A DNA stretch of 64,000 bases, taken from Squalus acanthias (taxonomy: Eukaryota). The DNA lies in assembly GCA_030390025.1 (NCBI GenBank), contig CM059425.1:178686001-178750000 (forward strand), read 5' to 3'. Below are positions 62,024 to 64,000 of the stretch, in pieces. Position 1 is the stretch's first letter, and every line of letters begins with the position of its first letter. Below the pieces are notes generated by a model. It worked only from the letters and a program-made list of their open reading frames with translations, was not told the origin of the DNA and did not search any database. A program made the translations under genes and the position numbers.

Positions 62024-63804
62024 TGTAGTCTATTTAGATTTTCAAAAATCATTCGCTAAAGTGCCACACAAAAGGTTATTATACAAAATTAGGGCTCATG
62101 GGATTGGGGGTAATATATTAGCATGAATTGAGAATTGATTAACAGACAGAAAACAGAGAGTAAACGGATCATTTTTGGGTTGGCAGGCTGTAACTAGTGG
62201 GGTACCGCAAGGATCAGTGCTTGGGCCTCAGCTATTTTCAATCTATATCAATGATTTAGATGAGGGGACTGAGTGTAATGTTCCAAAGTTTGCTGATGAT
62301 ACAAAGATAGGTGGGAAAGTAAGTTGTGAGGAGGATGTAAAGAGGCTGTAAAGGGATATAGACAGGCTAAGTAACATGGCAAATGGAGTATAATGTGGAG
62401 AAAGGTGAAGTTATCCACTTTGGTTAGAAAAGCAGAATATTTTTTAAATGGTGAGCTATTGGAAAATGTTGGTATTCAGAGAGACCTGGGTGTCTTTGTA
62501 CACAAATCACTGAAAGTTAACATGCAGGTACAGCGAGCAATTAGGAAAGAAAATGGTATGTTAGCCTTTATTACAAAAGAATTGGAGTATAAGAGTAAAG
62601 ACGTCTTACTGCAATTAATTGGGCCATGGTGAGACCACAACTGGAGTACTGTGTACAGTCTTGGGGGGAAAAATTGAGTCGCGCCCCCTTTGGGGTGCTA
62701 ACTTTGCCGGGGCGCTACTTTTAGTGGCTCGAAAAAATTAGCACCCCCGCGGCCAAAATTCACCGTTAGTGCCCCAAGAGGGAAGCGGGGTGCTATTGGA
62801 AGCGCCCCGCCATGCTCTGCGGCACGTCGCGCCGCGGTACTGCAGGTCTTCCTCCCCTTCTTAAAGGAGAGGGGCCTTGCGCAGCGTGACCCGGGGCCCA
62901 GCTGGGCCACCAGGGATCGGAGTGCTGGCAAAAGAGCCCAGCACTCGAGAGAAGTGCCGGCTGCGGGGGGCTGCTCAGGAGGTCGGGGACGGCAACGGGG
63001 GCAGGTGCTGGCAGGGGGCCAGCAACAAAAATGGCCGCCTGGCACCTCTCCTTTAATTTACTCCGCCCTGGCCGCAGGTAGGCCCCCCTGACCCCGTTGG
63101 ACATAGCGTCCGGCAGTAAGTCAGGGGGGACTACGGAAGATCGCGGCCCGAGCGCTACGCACGGCGATGACGTCATCGCCGGCGGCGCAGCGCCATGGGT
63201 CACTAACAGTTACCGCTGCCGCTAACCTCCCGCTGACGGGAGGTGCAAACGACTGAATTTTTAGGCCTTGGTCTCCTTACCTAAGGAAGGATATACTTGC
63301 CTTAGAGGGAGTGCAACGAAGGTTCACCAGAATGATTCCTCGGATGGGGGGATTGTCCTTTGAGGAGAGATTGAGGAGACTAGGCCTATATTCCCTAGAA
63401 TTTAGAAGAATGAGAGGTGATCTCATTGAAACATACAACATTTTTACAAGATTTGGCAGGGTAGATGCTGGGAGGATGTTTCCCCTGGCTGGGGAGTCTA
63501 GAACCAGGGGTCAGAATTAGGGGTCAGTCATTTAGGACTGAGGTGAGGAGGAATTTCTTCACTTAGAGGGTTCTGAATCTTTGGAATTCTCTACCCCAGA
63601 GGGCTGTGGGTGCTCAGTTGTTGAGTATATTCAAGACAGAGGCTGATCAACTTTTGGATATTAAGGGAAGCAAGTGATATAGGGATAGTGCGGGAAGGTG
63701 GAGTTGAGGTAGAAGAGCAGCCATGTTCTTATTGAATGGCGGAGCAGGCTTGAAGGGCCGAATGGCCTACTCCTGCTCCTGTTCCTTATGTTCTTATGTT
63801 CTTA
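62024..63804 (+). mobile_element. CR1-clade LINE 3' fragment interrupted by a MITE
   Basis: [29 protein letters not shown]. Tail (ttcttatg)n at 63782-63804. Confidence 0.95.
62664..63267. mobile_element. GC/CpG-rich MITE, PIF/Harbinger-type (same family as 36990-37727)
   Basis: Ends gggggaaaaattgag / tgaatttttaggcc with TSD TTG (62661-62663, 63268-63270). Removal restores the CR1 VQxWSPY coding segment. Confidence 0.85.
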
Positions 63805-64000
63805 AATACCCCATTAAATGTTAAGCCTTGTTGGAATAGGTGTAACTTGGGTTTTAACAACATATTGACTGGTAAACAAACGTTCTGGCCCTGAAAAACT
63901 AATTTTTATATTTGTGGAGTGTCAAATTTCTCCATTATGATAAAATTTAAATGTTTTAAGTTTGTTCATGGTATTTCTACTTTATCCTCCTGTGAAAGTC

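Larger units (their letters stand above)
61775..64000. mobile_element. Probable DNA-transposon-like repeat (61775-~62023, resuming ~63804 to the window end), split by CR1
   Basis: Begins gacccagaatttgcgg and contains a hairpin gaccgcaacttcaggatt..aatcctgaagttgcagtc. A related minus-strand sequence lies at ~26600-26807. The continuation after the CR1 is inferred. Confidence 0.45.

Noticed and set aside
1..64000. CRISPR arrays, rRNA genes, prokaryotic operons or retron/defence systems
   Set aside because: No regularly spaced repeat-spacer array or rRNA-like sequence; all RT and nuclease motifs belong to eukaryotic retroelements.

Overview
Eukaryotic, repeat-saturated non-genic or intronic DNA. 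The repeat repertoire (CR1 and L2 LINEs, an RTE LINE, Penelope-like elements, LF-SINE-like and Deu-domain SINEs, PIF/Harbinger-type non-autonomous transposons) points to a vertebrate, most likely a cartilaginous fish; this is inference, not a database result. No host protein-coding gene could be confidently identified, and nearly all long ORFs are decayed transposon frames or their antisense shadows. The most striking system is a Penelope-like element (PLE) family (RT + GIY-YIG). Its 3' end carries a minimal type-I hammerhead-ribozyme motif, present in 8 copies with compensatory stem changes. The family repeatedly inserts as fold-back or inverted structures: a perfect 436-bp palindrome (8147-8582), a 3.3-kb tail-out inverted dimer bounded by a 14-bp target-site duplication (TSD) (10801-14067), and two 5'-inverted copies. 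Several multi-level nested insertions allow relative dating of the families. Family names were assigned from remembered consensus motifs and should be confirmed with Dfam/Repbase.
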